This document shows, in pieces, positions 49,226 to 57,726 of a DNA stretch of 64,000 bases. The stretch is from the NCBI GenBank assembly GCA_003223315.1, contig QHYR01000253.1:53288-117287 (forward strand), read 5' to 3'. Each line of letters starts with the position of its first letter. The stretch's first letter is position 1. The notes below the pieces were generated by a model, which saw only the letters and a list, made by a program, of their open reading frames with translations, was not told where the DNA came from and did no database searches. Source of the DNA: Acidobacteriota bacterium. GTDB lineage: Bacteria > Acidobacteriota > Terriglobia > Acidiferrales > UBA7541. The translations under genes and the position numbers were made by a program.

Positions 49226-50023
49226 ATGAAAAACAGGATTCGCTTTTTGCGTGTGGAAAGGGGATGGACCCAGCAATCTCTGGCCAACCGCGTCGGGATA
49301 ACTCGCATGATGATCAGCCTCTTTGAACACTGGAGGCGCGACCCGAGCTTGGCGCTCGCCTACCGCTTCGCCGATGCGTTCGAAAAGAGGATTGACGAGG
49401 TATTCCCCCACGAACCGGAGACTCTCCGACCGGAGGAGCCAGAGGCAACGGCATCCGAACTGGAGCTCTCCTCAATCGAAACAACCCGCCCGAGACAAAA
49501 CCTCGTCCGCGCCTTACGAATCGCCAAACGTTGGTCCCAAAGAGAACTGGCGGAACGAGTGGGCGTCTCCGTGTGCACCATGAACGCCATCGAGAGGGGT
49601 TCGTGTAAACCGAGTCTCGCGCTCGCGTATGGCATTTCGCAAGTGTTGGGCGCGAGCGTTCTTGAGATCTTTCCACCCGATGCTTTCAGGAAGGTGATGC
49701 CACCTGCAGCTTCGAGCGAGGAAGCCCCCATGATTGCGAATGCTCTGATCCTGACCATCGCCATCCTGCTCGGATACGGCTTCTGGCTCATGGACCAGGT
49801 GAAGTTCATGGCCTCTTACAAGGCCGTCATCTTCCATGCCTACGGGCCGGTGCTTCTGACTGCGGTTGCCGTCCTGTTCCTGAACGTTTTTGGCGCTGCT
49901 CTGGCCATCAACCGGAGGTTCTTCCTTAAAGACACAGGACGCAAACTCTCGCACCTCGACAAACAGTTCAATGTTGGACAGACGGAGATGCCCGCTCCCT
50001 CCGACGACGAGGAGCCGAATTGA
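49226..50023 (+). CDS. Membrane-anchored regulator with two XRE-type HTH domains
   Basis: HTH 1 is LRVERGWTQQSLANRVGITRMMISLFEHWRRDPS. HTH 2 is LRIAKRWSQRELAERVGVSVCTMNAIERGSCKPS. Two C-terminal TM segments follow. Confidence 0.75.
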   Translation: MKNRIRFLRVERGWTQQSLANRVGITRMMISLFEHWRRDPSLALAYRFADAFEKRIDEVFPHEPETLRPEEPEATASELELSSIETTRPRQNLVRALRIAKRWSQRELAERVGVSVCTMNAIERGSCKPSLALAYGISQVLGASVLEIFPPDAFRKVMPPAASSEEAPMIANALILTIAILLGYGFWLMDQVKFMASYKAVIFHAYGPVLLTAVAVLFLNVFGAALAINRRFFLKDTGRKLSHLDKQFNVGQTEMPAPSDDEEPN

Positions 50024-50024
50024 G

Positions 50025-50960
50025 ATGTCCCGCGATTTCTATTCCTACGATCCGCAAGACACGCGGGATACAACCCCTCGCCGTCCTCACAGGGAGCACG
50101 AGGCGGATGTCTCTGAAACGCGCACAAACAGAGGTTCGGGAGATGCACCCCACAATGGCCGTGAAGCCCCGGAAACACTTGACCGGAATGTTCTGAAGCC
50201 CGAACGCGAAGATTCCCCTCGCGCTTACTATGTGCGCGACCGTGCGTATCTCCTCCGCGAATCTGAAATCCATACACTCAGCGAAGTGGGCCGGTTCCGC
50301 GTTGTTGCTCCGCCTGACCTCGCAAAGTACGGCTACGCCCGCGACAGTGCCCGCATGGAGCGGGATATCAGGCGGCTAAAAGAGCAGTCTCTGCTTACGG
50401 ACAAAACCCTTGAAACCTCGCAAAGACAGACGTTGCGCGTCCTCACCCTGACCAAGCAGGGGCAGCGGCTTCTCAAGAAGACGAACCGGCTCCACGAAGA
50501 CCAAGCCATCTACCACGGTTTGGTAAAGCCGCGAGAGGCAAAACACGACGCCGATTTGTATCGCCTTTATCACAAGGAAGCCGCCCGGATCGAACGCGCT
50601 GGCGGCAGGCCGGTGCGCGTCATTCTGGACTACGAACTGAAGCGAGACCTCAATCGAGACCTAGCCGCGCTCGGGCCAGACAAAGACGACCCTGATGCGA
50701 AGGAATTGATCGCCGAAAAGCACAGGCTTCGTGTCGTCAACGGCAAGATTCCCGTGCCCGACGTTCGCATTGAGTACGAGACCGCACAGCGTGAACTCAG
50801 CCGCGTGGACCTGGAACTGGCAACGAGCCACTACCGGCCTCGGGGATTGGCTGCAAAAGCCAAGGCGGGATTCTCCCTCTACAGCCGCCCCGAAGACGCA
50901 TCCCGTCTGCGCCGCATTCTGAACGACCAGGACCTTACCGCAGGAATCCTTGCGCTATGA
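50025..50960 (+). CDS. Replication-relaxation (Replic_Relax)-like protein
   Basis: 311 aa. ...LLRESEIHTLSEVGRFRVV...LKEQSLLTDKTL... looks like a wHTH, and ...KHDADLYRLY...VPDVRIEYE... looks nuclease-like. The family call is from memory of PF13814 features and is tentative. Confidence 0.45.
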   Translation: MSRDFYSYDPQDTRDTTPRRPHREHEADVSETRTNRGSGDAPHNGREAPETLDRNVLKPEREDSPRAYYVRDRAYLLRESEIHTLSEVGRFRVVAPPDLAKYGYARDSARMERDIRRLKEQSLLTDKTLETSQRQTLRVLTLTKQGQRLLKKTNRLHEDQAIYHGLVKPREAKHDADLYRLYHKEAARIERAGGRPVRVILDYELKRDLNRDLAALGPDKDDPDAKELIAEKHRLRVVNGKIPVPDVRIEYETAQRELSRVDLELATSHYRPRGLAAKAKAGFSLYSRPEDASRLRRILNDQDLTAGILAL

Positions 50961-51964
50961 ACATCTCTTCTTCCCATCTCAACGCCTTGAAAGCATTCGG
51001 CTACACCGAGGACGAAGCGCGGTTTCTTTACATCGTTGCGACCCACTCGGGCTACTTTGTGGCGCGTCAATTCCTTGCCTTCACCGAAGCTCATTGGGGC
51101 AAACGAACAACCACCTTTTGGGACAAACTCCACACGAAGAAACACGCCCGCACGGAATGTTTTCCGAAGAGCGGAGTCATCTATCACCTCTTCTCGCGGA
51201 AGCTCTACCGCCAGATCGGACGAGAGAACCTTCGCAACCGCCGCGAACATGAAATCGAATTCATCCGGCAACGCATCGCAATCCTCGATTTTGTCCTCGC
51301 AAATCAACAGCGGACGTACCTCGAAACCGAGCCAGAAAAGGTCCGCTATTTCTGCGATCAACTGAAGGTGCCCAATCACTTTCTGCCCGCGAAAACCTAT
51401 CACGGACAGCGAACCTCCCAGCCAACCGTTCGCTATTTCGTGGACAAGTTCCCGATGTCCCTTGGCAATGAAGTCTCCTCCTCCCCTGTGGTGACGTTCA
51501 CATACATCCAGGGGGCCGAGGCAAGCCTGACCGATTTTGTTCACCACCTGGAAGCCTACCTGCCGCTCTTCCGGCAGCTTTCCGAGTTCCGATTCCTGTA
51601 CCTCGCCCGGACAGATTCCCACTTCGAAAAGGCAAAGGAACTGTTCGACTCCCTCATCACAATTCCGCTCGAATCCGACGCGACGAAGGACATCCTCCGG
51701 TACTTCCACATTCGCAAGGCTTGGGATCTCAAGCAATACCCTACCCTGACCGAAGGTGACCTGATTTTCCGAAATGACGCCAAGGGGCGGTTCGCCGGGG
51801 ATCGATTCGAGCACCTGTATCGCGGATGGAAGGCCGCGCGAGTGACAGAGGCGAACATCCGTCAGGAGTTCGGCGGAGACGGCCTCCATCACACGGTGCA
51901 TTTTGCCGTGCAAGTCCTTGGACGGGTCGCCGCAGCGGACGGCGAACCCACCGAAAAAGGGTGA
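50957..51964 (+). CDS. Hypothetical protein (335 aa), possibly a second Replic_Relax-like protein
   Basis: ATGA overlap with the upstream gene. ...LNALKAFGYTEDEARFLYIVATHSGYFVARQF.... Confidence 0.45.
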   Translation: MNISSSHLNALKAFGYTEDEARFLYIVATHSGYFVARQFLAFTEAHWGKRTTTFWDKLHTKKHARTECFPKSGVIYHLFSRKLYRQIGRENLRNRREHEIEFIRQRIAILDFVLANQQRTYLETEPEKVRYFCDQLKVPNHFLPAKTYHGQRTSQPTVRYFVDKFPMSLGNEVSSSPVVTFTYIQGAEASLTDFVHHLEAYLPLFRQLSEFRFLYLARTDSHFEKAKELFDSLITIPLESDATKDILRYFHIRKAWDLKQYPTLTEGDLIFRNDAKGRFAGDRFEHLYRGWKAARVTEANIRQEFGGDGLHHTVHFAVQVLGRVAAADGEPTEKG

Positions 51965-52007
51965 AGAGGATAGAAACGATGTGCTGCACCTTTTTCTTCA
52001 CCACTTT

Positions 52008-52199
52008 CTGCACCCTGGGTGCAGCGAAGTCTTTGACCGAGAGAGCAATAGAAACGCAGCAAGGAGAAAAGACGCCGTGGAAAAAACACCAAATCGGGCG
52101 GGAGCGACCCCACTTTTTCGGCCTTCAGCCGCCCAAGTGAACCGTGGGGTCGCTCCCGCCCTCCGGCACAGATGACTGTGCCAGGTGTTTTTTCCACGG
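52008..52199. promoter_or_regulatory. Candidate oriT: cluster of nested perfect inverted repeats
   Basis: Palindrome CTGCACCC-t-GGGTGCAG is at 52008-52024. The outer 16-bp IR pairs 52075-52090 with 52184-52199. The inner 18-bp IR pairs 52096-52113 with 52144-52161. The hairpin GGCACAG-atga-CTGTGCC is at 52165-52182. Confidence 0.5.
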
Positions 52200-52247
52200 T
52201 GACGGAGAAAGGCACAAGGCAAGTCAAAACATCCGAGGAGGAATGAA

Positions 52248-52490
52248 ATGTCCATCATCAAGAAAGCACCGGCAATCAAGACCCGCGAAGTTCATCTCGA
52301 AGAACCCGTCAACGAGCTGCTCGAAGACTATGCCCGGTTCATCGAAAGCACCCCGGACCACGTTCTGAATGCGGCCCTGAAGAAGGTCCTCTGGCGGGAC
52401 CAGGACTACCGGAAGTGGAGAGACCAGCGCCGCAACGCTCAGTCCGGTTCTGAGAAGACACAGCCCGTGGACACAAGGGTAAGGACATGA
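52248..52490 (+). CDS. Small hypothetical protein (80 aa) upstream of the coupling protein
   Basis: A GAGGAGG RBS precedes the start. The stop overlaps an ATG at 52487 as ATGA. Confidence 0.5.
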   Translation: MSIIKKAPAIKTREVHLEEPVNELLEDYARFIESTPDHVLNAALKKVLWRDQDYRKWRDQRRNAQSGSEKTQPVDTRVRT

Positions 52491-52599
52491 TCCAACGGAT
52501 TCTCCATTCGCGCGGCTTTGTCTCGGCTCTGCTGGCGATGGGCACGGGAGTCTTTCTCTATTACACGCACCGTTTCCCGCAGACCAGATCTTCCTGCGC

Positions 52600-54483
52600 G
52601 TGATCGCCATGCGTGCCCCCCATGCCTTCCTGAGCTTCCAGTACCTCTACAACATCGTCCTGTTCACAACGCCGTTCATGGTCTTTTCAGCCGTGCTTTC
52701 GGGCCTCTACATCTTCACGTTGAAAGTCCGTCGGCACATCTCGCCGGGCCGCCTCCCCCGGTATCCCGACCCACGCAAAAGGAACGAGCTTTATCTCACG
52801 GTCGGCGAGGTTCACAACCCTCGCAAACCGGGACCATCCGAGACCCCGCGATGGCTCACCATTCCCGAACGCGGATTGTTCACCGGGATTGCGATTTTCG
52901 GTGCTGTGGGAAGCGGCAAGACGAGCTGCTGCATGTACCCGTTTGCCGAGCAGACTCTTGCCTACAAAGCAGCGGACAAAGAGGAGCGAATCGGCGGTCT
53001 CATCCTCGAAGTCAAAGGAGACTTTTGCCGCAAGGTGAAGGGCATTCTCGACCGCCACGAACGGGGTGAGGATTACATCGAAATCAGCCTCGATTCCGAA
53101 TACCGATACAATCCCCTCCACAACGACCTGGATGCCTACGCGCTGGCCTTCAGCATCGCGTCCCTGTTGAACAACCTCTTTGGCCGTGGCAAGGAACCTT
53201 TCTGGCAGCAGGCGTACACGAACCTCGTCAAGTTCATCATCCTTCTTCATAAGGTCGCCTACAACTATGTGACCCTTTTCGATGTCTACCAGTGCGCCAT
53301 CTCGCCAACGATTCTGGAAGAGAGGATTCGCGAGGCCGAAGAGATCGTCTTGGGACGCCACTATGTGGCCATCAAGCCAGATGTCTTTGGAGCGCGCACG
53401 GCGGACCTCGCTGGACATGGATTCGTTCACGATCCCAAAGAAGACCGCTATCTCGCCCCGGCCACCCCGCAACTCCGCGAGACGCTGCAAAACAGGGGAA
53501 TCGGCTTCGAGTCCCGGAGCGTCCTCGACCCCGCGCAAGCCGACGCCGACAAGCTCGAACAACTGGAAGCCGTCAAGCGTTGGTTCAATGACGACTGGAA
53601 ACGCATCGAGCCGAAGCTGCGGACCTCCATCGTCGAGGGAATCTCCGTCTTCCTTTCTCTCTTCGACGACAACCCGAAAGTGAAGAAAGTCTTTTGCCCG
53701 AAGAAGGAGTGCTACGACCCCGCAAAGAACGTCAACAATATCTATGGCAAGCCCCTTCCTTCATTCTCCTGGCTCATTGAAAAGGGCAAGGTTTGCGCCC
53801 TCAATTTTCCCATCGGGATGAACCCAGGACTCGCGAAGGCTCTCGGCGTCATGATGAAGCTCGATTTTGAACGCGCCGTCCTCAACCGCGTTCCTGAAAT
53901 CGAAGCTCACCCAGAGCGGTATTTCAGGCAGGTCCTCTTCCTCTGCGATGAGTACCAGCACTTCGCAACCGTGGGCGAAAACGACCCCACAGGCGACGAG
54001 AAATTCTTCAGCCTCTCGCGCCAGCCGAAATGCATCCCCATCATCGCCACGCAGAGCATCAGTTCGCTCAAATCCGCCCTGCCGGGGGATAGCTGGCGCA
54101 CGCTCTTGCAAACTTTCCGCACGAAGATTTTCCTCGCGCTTTCGGATGATTTCTCCGCTCGCACTGCGAGCGAGCTTTGCGGACGGGAAGACAAGCTCAA
54201 GGTCAGCTACAACCTCTCGGAGAGCGGCCACGACGCCAGAGTGAGTCTGCTCACCGGGAAGGCCGTCTCACACAAGGCCAACATCACGGCATCGAAGAGC
54301 TACAACACGCAAAGCGACTACCGCTTCGACATGAAGACATTCACCGAGTTGCGCAACGCGCAATCGGTGACGATTGCCTACGACGGCTTGAATCCGATGC
54401 CGCCCATGTTCTGCTACCTGAAGCCCTACTTCAACGATCCGAACAAGTCTTACTTCAAGCAGCTCGCGGAAGGAGGCCTGTGA
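52600..54483 (+). CDS. virD4: Type IV coupling protein VirD4/TraG family (5' end uncertain; see finding)
   Basis: Walker A is FGAVGSGKTSCCMYPF. The 627-aa product is a large NTPase, with ...LFLCDEYQHFAT... as a Walker B-like motif. A likely first TM segment lies in another frame at 52487-52603. Confidence 0.85.
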   Translation: MIAMRAPHAFLSFQYLYNIVLFTTPFMVFSAVLSGLYIFTLKVRRHISPGRLPRYPDPRKRNELYLTVGEVHNPRKPGPSETPRWLTIPERGLFTGIAIFGAVGSGKTSCCMYPFAEQTLAYKAADKEERIGGLILEVKGDFCRKVKGILDRHERGEDYIEISLDSEYRYNPLHNDLDAYALAFSIASLLNNLFGRGKEPFWQQAYTNLVKFIILLHKVAYNYVTLFDVYQCAISPTILEERIREAEEIVLGRHYVAIKPDVFGARTADLAGHGFVHDPKEDRYLAPATPQLRETLQNRGIGFESRSVLDPAQADADKLEQLEAVKRWFNDDWKRIEPKLRTSIVEGISVFLSLFDDNPKVKKVFCPKKECYDPAKNVNNIYGKPLPSFSWLIEKGKVCALNFPIGMNPGLAKALGVMMKLDFERAVLNRVPEIEAHPERYFRQVLFLCDEYQHFATVGENDPTGDEKFFSLSRQPKCIPIIATQSISSLKSALPGDSWRTLLQTFRTKIFLALSDDFSARTASELCGREDKLKVSYNLSESGHDARVSLLTGKAVSHKANITASKSYNTQSDYRFDMKTFTELRNAQSVTIAYDGLNPMPPMFCYLKPYFNDPNKSYFKQLAEGGL

Positions 54484-55317
54484 TGAACGGATTCGAGATG
54501 ATTCTTCCTTTCCTCAAACCTATCGAGCACCTCATCCTCGACGACTCCATCAGCGAAGTCATGGTAAACGGACCGGACCAGGTGTTCATCGAGAAGGCTG
54601 GCTTCCTGCAGCAGGTCAAGGGTGTCTCACTCGGGGAGAAATCTCTAATGGTCGCCGTGAAGAACATCGCCCGGCGTCTGGGCAACGACATCTCGGAATC
54701 GAAGCCTATTCTCGACTCGCGATTGCCGGACGGCAGCCGAGTCGCTGCGGTCATCCCGCCGTGCAGTTTGAGCGGAGTCACTCTGACGATCCGCAAGTTC
54801 AATACGCGGCATTTCGAGATGCAGGACCTCATCAATGCCGGCACGCTCGACCGATCGCTCGCCAACCGTCTTGAGGATTATGTAGTTCATCCCGGAGGAC
54901 CAACGAATCCTTCTCATTGAGGACACGGCTGAGATTCAAATGGTCCAGCCGAACCTTGTCCGGTTCGAGGCCCGGCAAGCACAGAACGGTATCCCGGCAG
55001 TGGCGATCCGCGACCTCCTGAGGGCCGCCCTCCGGCATCGCCCGGACCGCATCATTCTCGGCGAGATTCGTGGGGGCGAGGCCTTCGACCTTTTGCAACT
55101 CCTGAACACGGGCCATTCGGGGACGCTTTCAACCATTCATGCGAACTCCGCTCGGCAAGGACTTGCCCGGTTCACGAGCTGCGTTCTACAGAGCGGAGTG
55201 GACCTGCCTTACCGCGCCATCAAGGCCAACATCGGCGAATCACTCAATGTGGTTATCCAGATCGAACGGAGACCGGGACGCAGGTTCATTTCGGAAGTCC
55301 TAAATCAACGGCTATGA
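54483..55317 (+). pseudogene. virB11: VirB11-type traffic ATPase with internal deletion removing Walker A
   Basis: The N-domain runs MNGFEMILPFLKPIEHL...TLTIRKFN... to ...LEDYVVHPGG. The frame then changes at about 54898-54903 to QRILLIEDTAEIQ...ILGEIRGGEAFDLLQLLNTGHSGTLSTIHAN. The GxGKT segment is absent. Confidence 0.75.
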
Positions 55318-55374
55318 CCCCGACGCCGACCTCTACGACTTCGGCGCTGTCTCCCTGGCAAAGCGAGAGCATAC

Positions 55375-56265
55375 GTGACCGGAGATTCCCAATTCACACC
55401 AAAGCCCCTGTCAGCTTCGGAGTACGCCCTGGCACTCTTCGAGCCTTCGGACAATGTAGCAGTCTTGCTTCGAAATCGCAGGACTGGCCAAACGGTGCAA
55501 CGAATCACAACGGCGGAAACCGTGGCAAGTCCAGAATTCCAATCCTCGCTGAGACGGGAGAACTCCGCTGGCGCGGACATTTTCATAGGAATGAACCCGA
55601 TCAAGGACGGCGCCTACAGCCGGACGAAGAGCAACATCCGGGAAATTCGCCATCTCTATCTCGACCTCGACACGAATGGTCACGAGGCCGTGGAGTCCAT
55701 TCGCAACTCGCCCGAAGTTCCCGCACCGAACTTCATCCTCGATACCTCTCCCGACAAACACCAGGTCGTTTGGAGAGTCGAAGGACTAGACCAAAAGCAG
55801 GCTGAGTCAATGCTACGCACCATGGACGATCAGTTTGGCGGCGATCCTGCAGCGACCGACTCCACGCGAGTTTTGAGGCTGCCGGGTTTCGCCAACAAAA
55901 AGTACGACGAGGAATTCGTTGTTCAGGTCCTCCACGAATCGAACCAGGTTTATCACTCCCGCGATTTCATGGTTCAGGAGGATTCGCCCGACACATCCCG
56001 CCATCTGGGGGACAAATCCGGGCGGAGATTGTCACAGGGACACAAGAGCCAGTCCGAACAGGATTGGGCCTACGCCAAGCGCGCCCTCGCCCGTGGCGAC
56101 GACCCGGCACTCGTCATCCAGCGGATCGCCGACTTCCGCGCCGACGACAAGCAAGACCCCGAATACTACGCACAACACACCGTCGCCAAAGCCCAAGCGC
56201 AAATAGAAAACAACAATGACCACGTGCAACCCGAAATTGCAGAGAGAATCGACGTGAAGCGTTGA
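55375..56265 (+). CDS. RepB-type DNA primase domain protein
   Basis: ...ADIFIGMNPI...IRHLYLDLDTNG...ILDTSPDKHQVVWRV...GGDPAATDSTRVLRLPGFANKKY matches RSF1010 RepB'-like primase motifs. Confidence 0.7.
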   Translation: MTGDSQFTPKPLSASEYALALFEPSDNVAVLLRNRRTGQTVQRITTAETVASPEFQSSLRRENSAGADIFIGMNPIKDGAYSRTKSNIREIRHLYLDLDTNGHEAVESIRNSPEVPAPNFILDTSPDKHQVVWRVEGLDQKQAESMLRTMDDQFGGDPAATDSTRVLRLPGFANKKYDEEFVVQVLHESNQVYHSRDFMVQEDSPDTSRHLGDKSGRRLSQGHKSQSEQDWAYAKRALARGDDPALVIQRIADFRADDKQDPEYYAQHTVAKAQAQIENNNDHVQPEIAERIDVKR

Positions 56266-56277
56266 TTCGTAACTCCT

Positions 56278-56532
56278 ATGCCCATCATGACGTCTCTCTC
56301 AAAAACAACCGCTTCGATATCCAGTGGCGTTCCGCTGCTCACTCCCGGTGAGGTCGCCCAGATTACGGGCCTGTCAATCGAAACATTGGCACAGTGGCGA
56401 AGTCAGCGCCGAGGCATTCCTTTCGTCAAAGTGAGCCGTAACTGTGTGCGGTATCGTCAATCTGATCTTGACCGCTGGCTTGAAGAACGCATAGTGTCGG
56501 TTGTTGTTGGCACAACAACAGACAGGAGGTAG
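56278..56532 (+). CDS. Excisionase/AlpA-like HTH DNA-binding protein
   Basis: ...LLTPGEVAQITGLSIETLAQWRSQRRGIPFVKVSRNCVRYRQSDLDRWLEE. Confidence 0.75.
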   Translation: MPIMTSLSKTTASISSGVPLLTPGEVAQITGLSIETLAQWRSQRRGIPFVKVSRNCVRYRQSDLDRWLEERIVSVVVGTTTDRR

Positions 56533-56537
56533 ACCTA

Positions 56538-57650
56538 ATGTCGGTATACAAACGCGGGAGTCTCTGGTGGTACAAATTCCAATTTCAGGGACGCTCGATT
56601 CGAAAACCTACAAAGTTCACAAATAGAACGGCAGCCCTGCGAGCTGAGGCTAAGCACAAGGCAGATCTACTCGACCGGCGCGCTGGCCTGTCACAGAAAA
56701 AGATCGCACCAAAGTTTGAAGAATACGTGAAGGAGTTCTTAGCTTGGTCCAAGCAGCACCACAGGCCAAAGACGACAGCACTCCACAGCACAAACTGCGA
56801 CACGTTGCTGCGCTTTTTCAAAGGCCATTGGCTGGACGAAATCGACCAGGCCGCAGTGGAGCGCTACAAATCTGATCGCCTAAAAGAGGATCGCCGCAAT
56901 GCTGACGACGGGAGCAAGGTCACCGGAGCGACGGTCAATCGGTCGCTGACCACACTGAAGTTGATGTTCGGGCGAGCTGAGAAATGCGGTTTTGGCGTCT
57001 CCAATCCGGTTCGTGGTGTAGCCTATTTGCCAGAGTCTACTGGTCGCATCCGGGTCGTCAGCTTCCAGGAAGAGCTAGCCTATCTTTCAAAAGCCAGCCA
57101 GCCGTTACGAGACATCGCACAGACCATCCTAGACACAGGGCTGCGGCCAGAGGAAGTATTTCGAATTCGAGTTGAGAACATCGACTTCGCCGCGCGCACC
57201 ATCTTCAACCCATTTGGAAAGACCAAAGCCGCGCGCCGGACCGTCACGATGACCGAGGCTGTTTGGACCGCGCTGAAGCGACGAGCGAAGATGGCCAAAG
57301 GAAGCTATGTATTTCCGTCTGAGAAACACCCGGATCGACCCATAGGCTGCGTGCGCAAGGGGCACAACGCCGCAATACGCCGTGCTGGTATCAAGCCGCA
57401 TTTTGTCTTGTACGACATGCGTCACACATTTGCAACGCGAGCGGTAACGGCTGGAGTCGATCTCCCAACTCTGAGCGCAATGCTGGGCCACACTTCAATA
57501 ACGATGACCATGCGATACGTTCATCCGGCAGCAGAACAGAAACGGTTGGCCGCTGCGAAGCTGGAGAGCTTCCGCATCAACGGTCTAATTGAGGCCGCAA
57601 GCGAACAAGCAGTGGGTACAAATATGGGCACAGTCGCTCAGGTCAACTAA
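56538..57650 (+). CDS. int: Tyrosine site-specific integrase
   Basis: MSVYKRGSLWWYKFQFQGRSIRK..., ...LRPEEVFRI... and ...YDMRHTFATRAVTAGVDLPTLSAMLGHTSITMTMRYVHP. Confidence 0.9.
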   Translation: MSVYKRGSLWWYKFQFQGRSIRKPTKFTNRTAALRAEAKHKADLLDRRAGLSQKKIAPKFEEYVKEFLAWSKQHHRPKTTALHSTNCDTLLRFFKGHWLDEIDQAAVERYKSDRLKEDRRNADDGSKVTGATVNRSLTTLKLMFGRAEKCGFGVSNPVRGVAYLPESTGRIRVVSFQEELAYLSKASQPLRDIAQTILDTGLRPEEVFRIRVENIDFAARTIFNPFGKTKAARRTVTMTEAVWTALKRRAKMAKGSYVFPSEKHPDRPIGCVRKGHNAAIRRAGIKPHFVLYDMRHTFATRAVTAGVDLPTLSAMLGHTSITMTMRYVHPAAEQKRLAAAKLESFRINGLIEAASEQAVGTNMGTVAQVN

Positions 57651-57680
57651 TGAATCGCTCGGCTAAGTATTTGAAAAGTT

Positions 57681-57726
57681 TGGTCGGGGCGCCGAGATTT
57701 GAACTCGGGACCTCCTGCGCCCAAGG
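57681..57726 (-). tRNA. tRNA-Pro(UGG) 3' fragment, anticodon loop to CCA; not an intact gene (likely att core)
   Basis: The reverse complement is cCTTGGGC-GCAGG-AGGTC-CCGAG-TTCAAAT-CTCGG-CGCCCCG-A-CCA. That gives an anticodon loop with UGG, 3' anticodon stem, variable loop, T arm and acceptor 3' strand. The 5' anticodon stem, D arm and CGGGGCG acceptor 5' strand are absent upstream. Confidence 0.7.

Noticed and set aside
50879-51913. 344-aa minus-strand ORF, the longest unexplained ORF in the ICE.
   Set aside because: It lies entirely antisense to the 335-aa plus-strand gene, which is translationally coupled to its neighbours. It has no RBS or motif, and its composition is typical of a shadow frame.
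52687-53562. 291-aa minus-strand ORF.
   Set aside because: It is antisense to virD4, whose Walker A and overall length are unambiguous. It is a shadow ORF.
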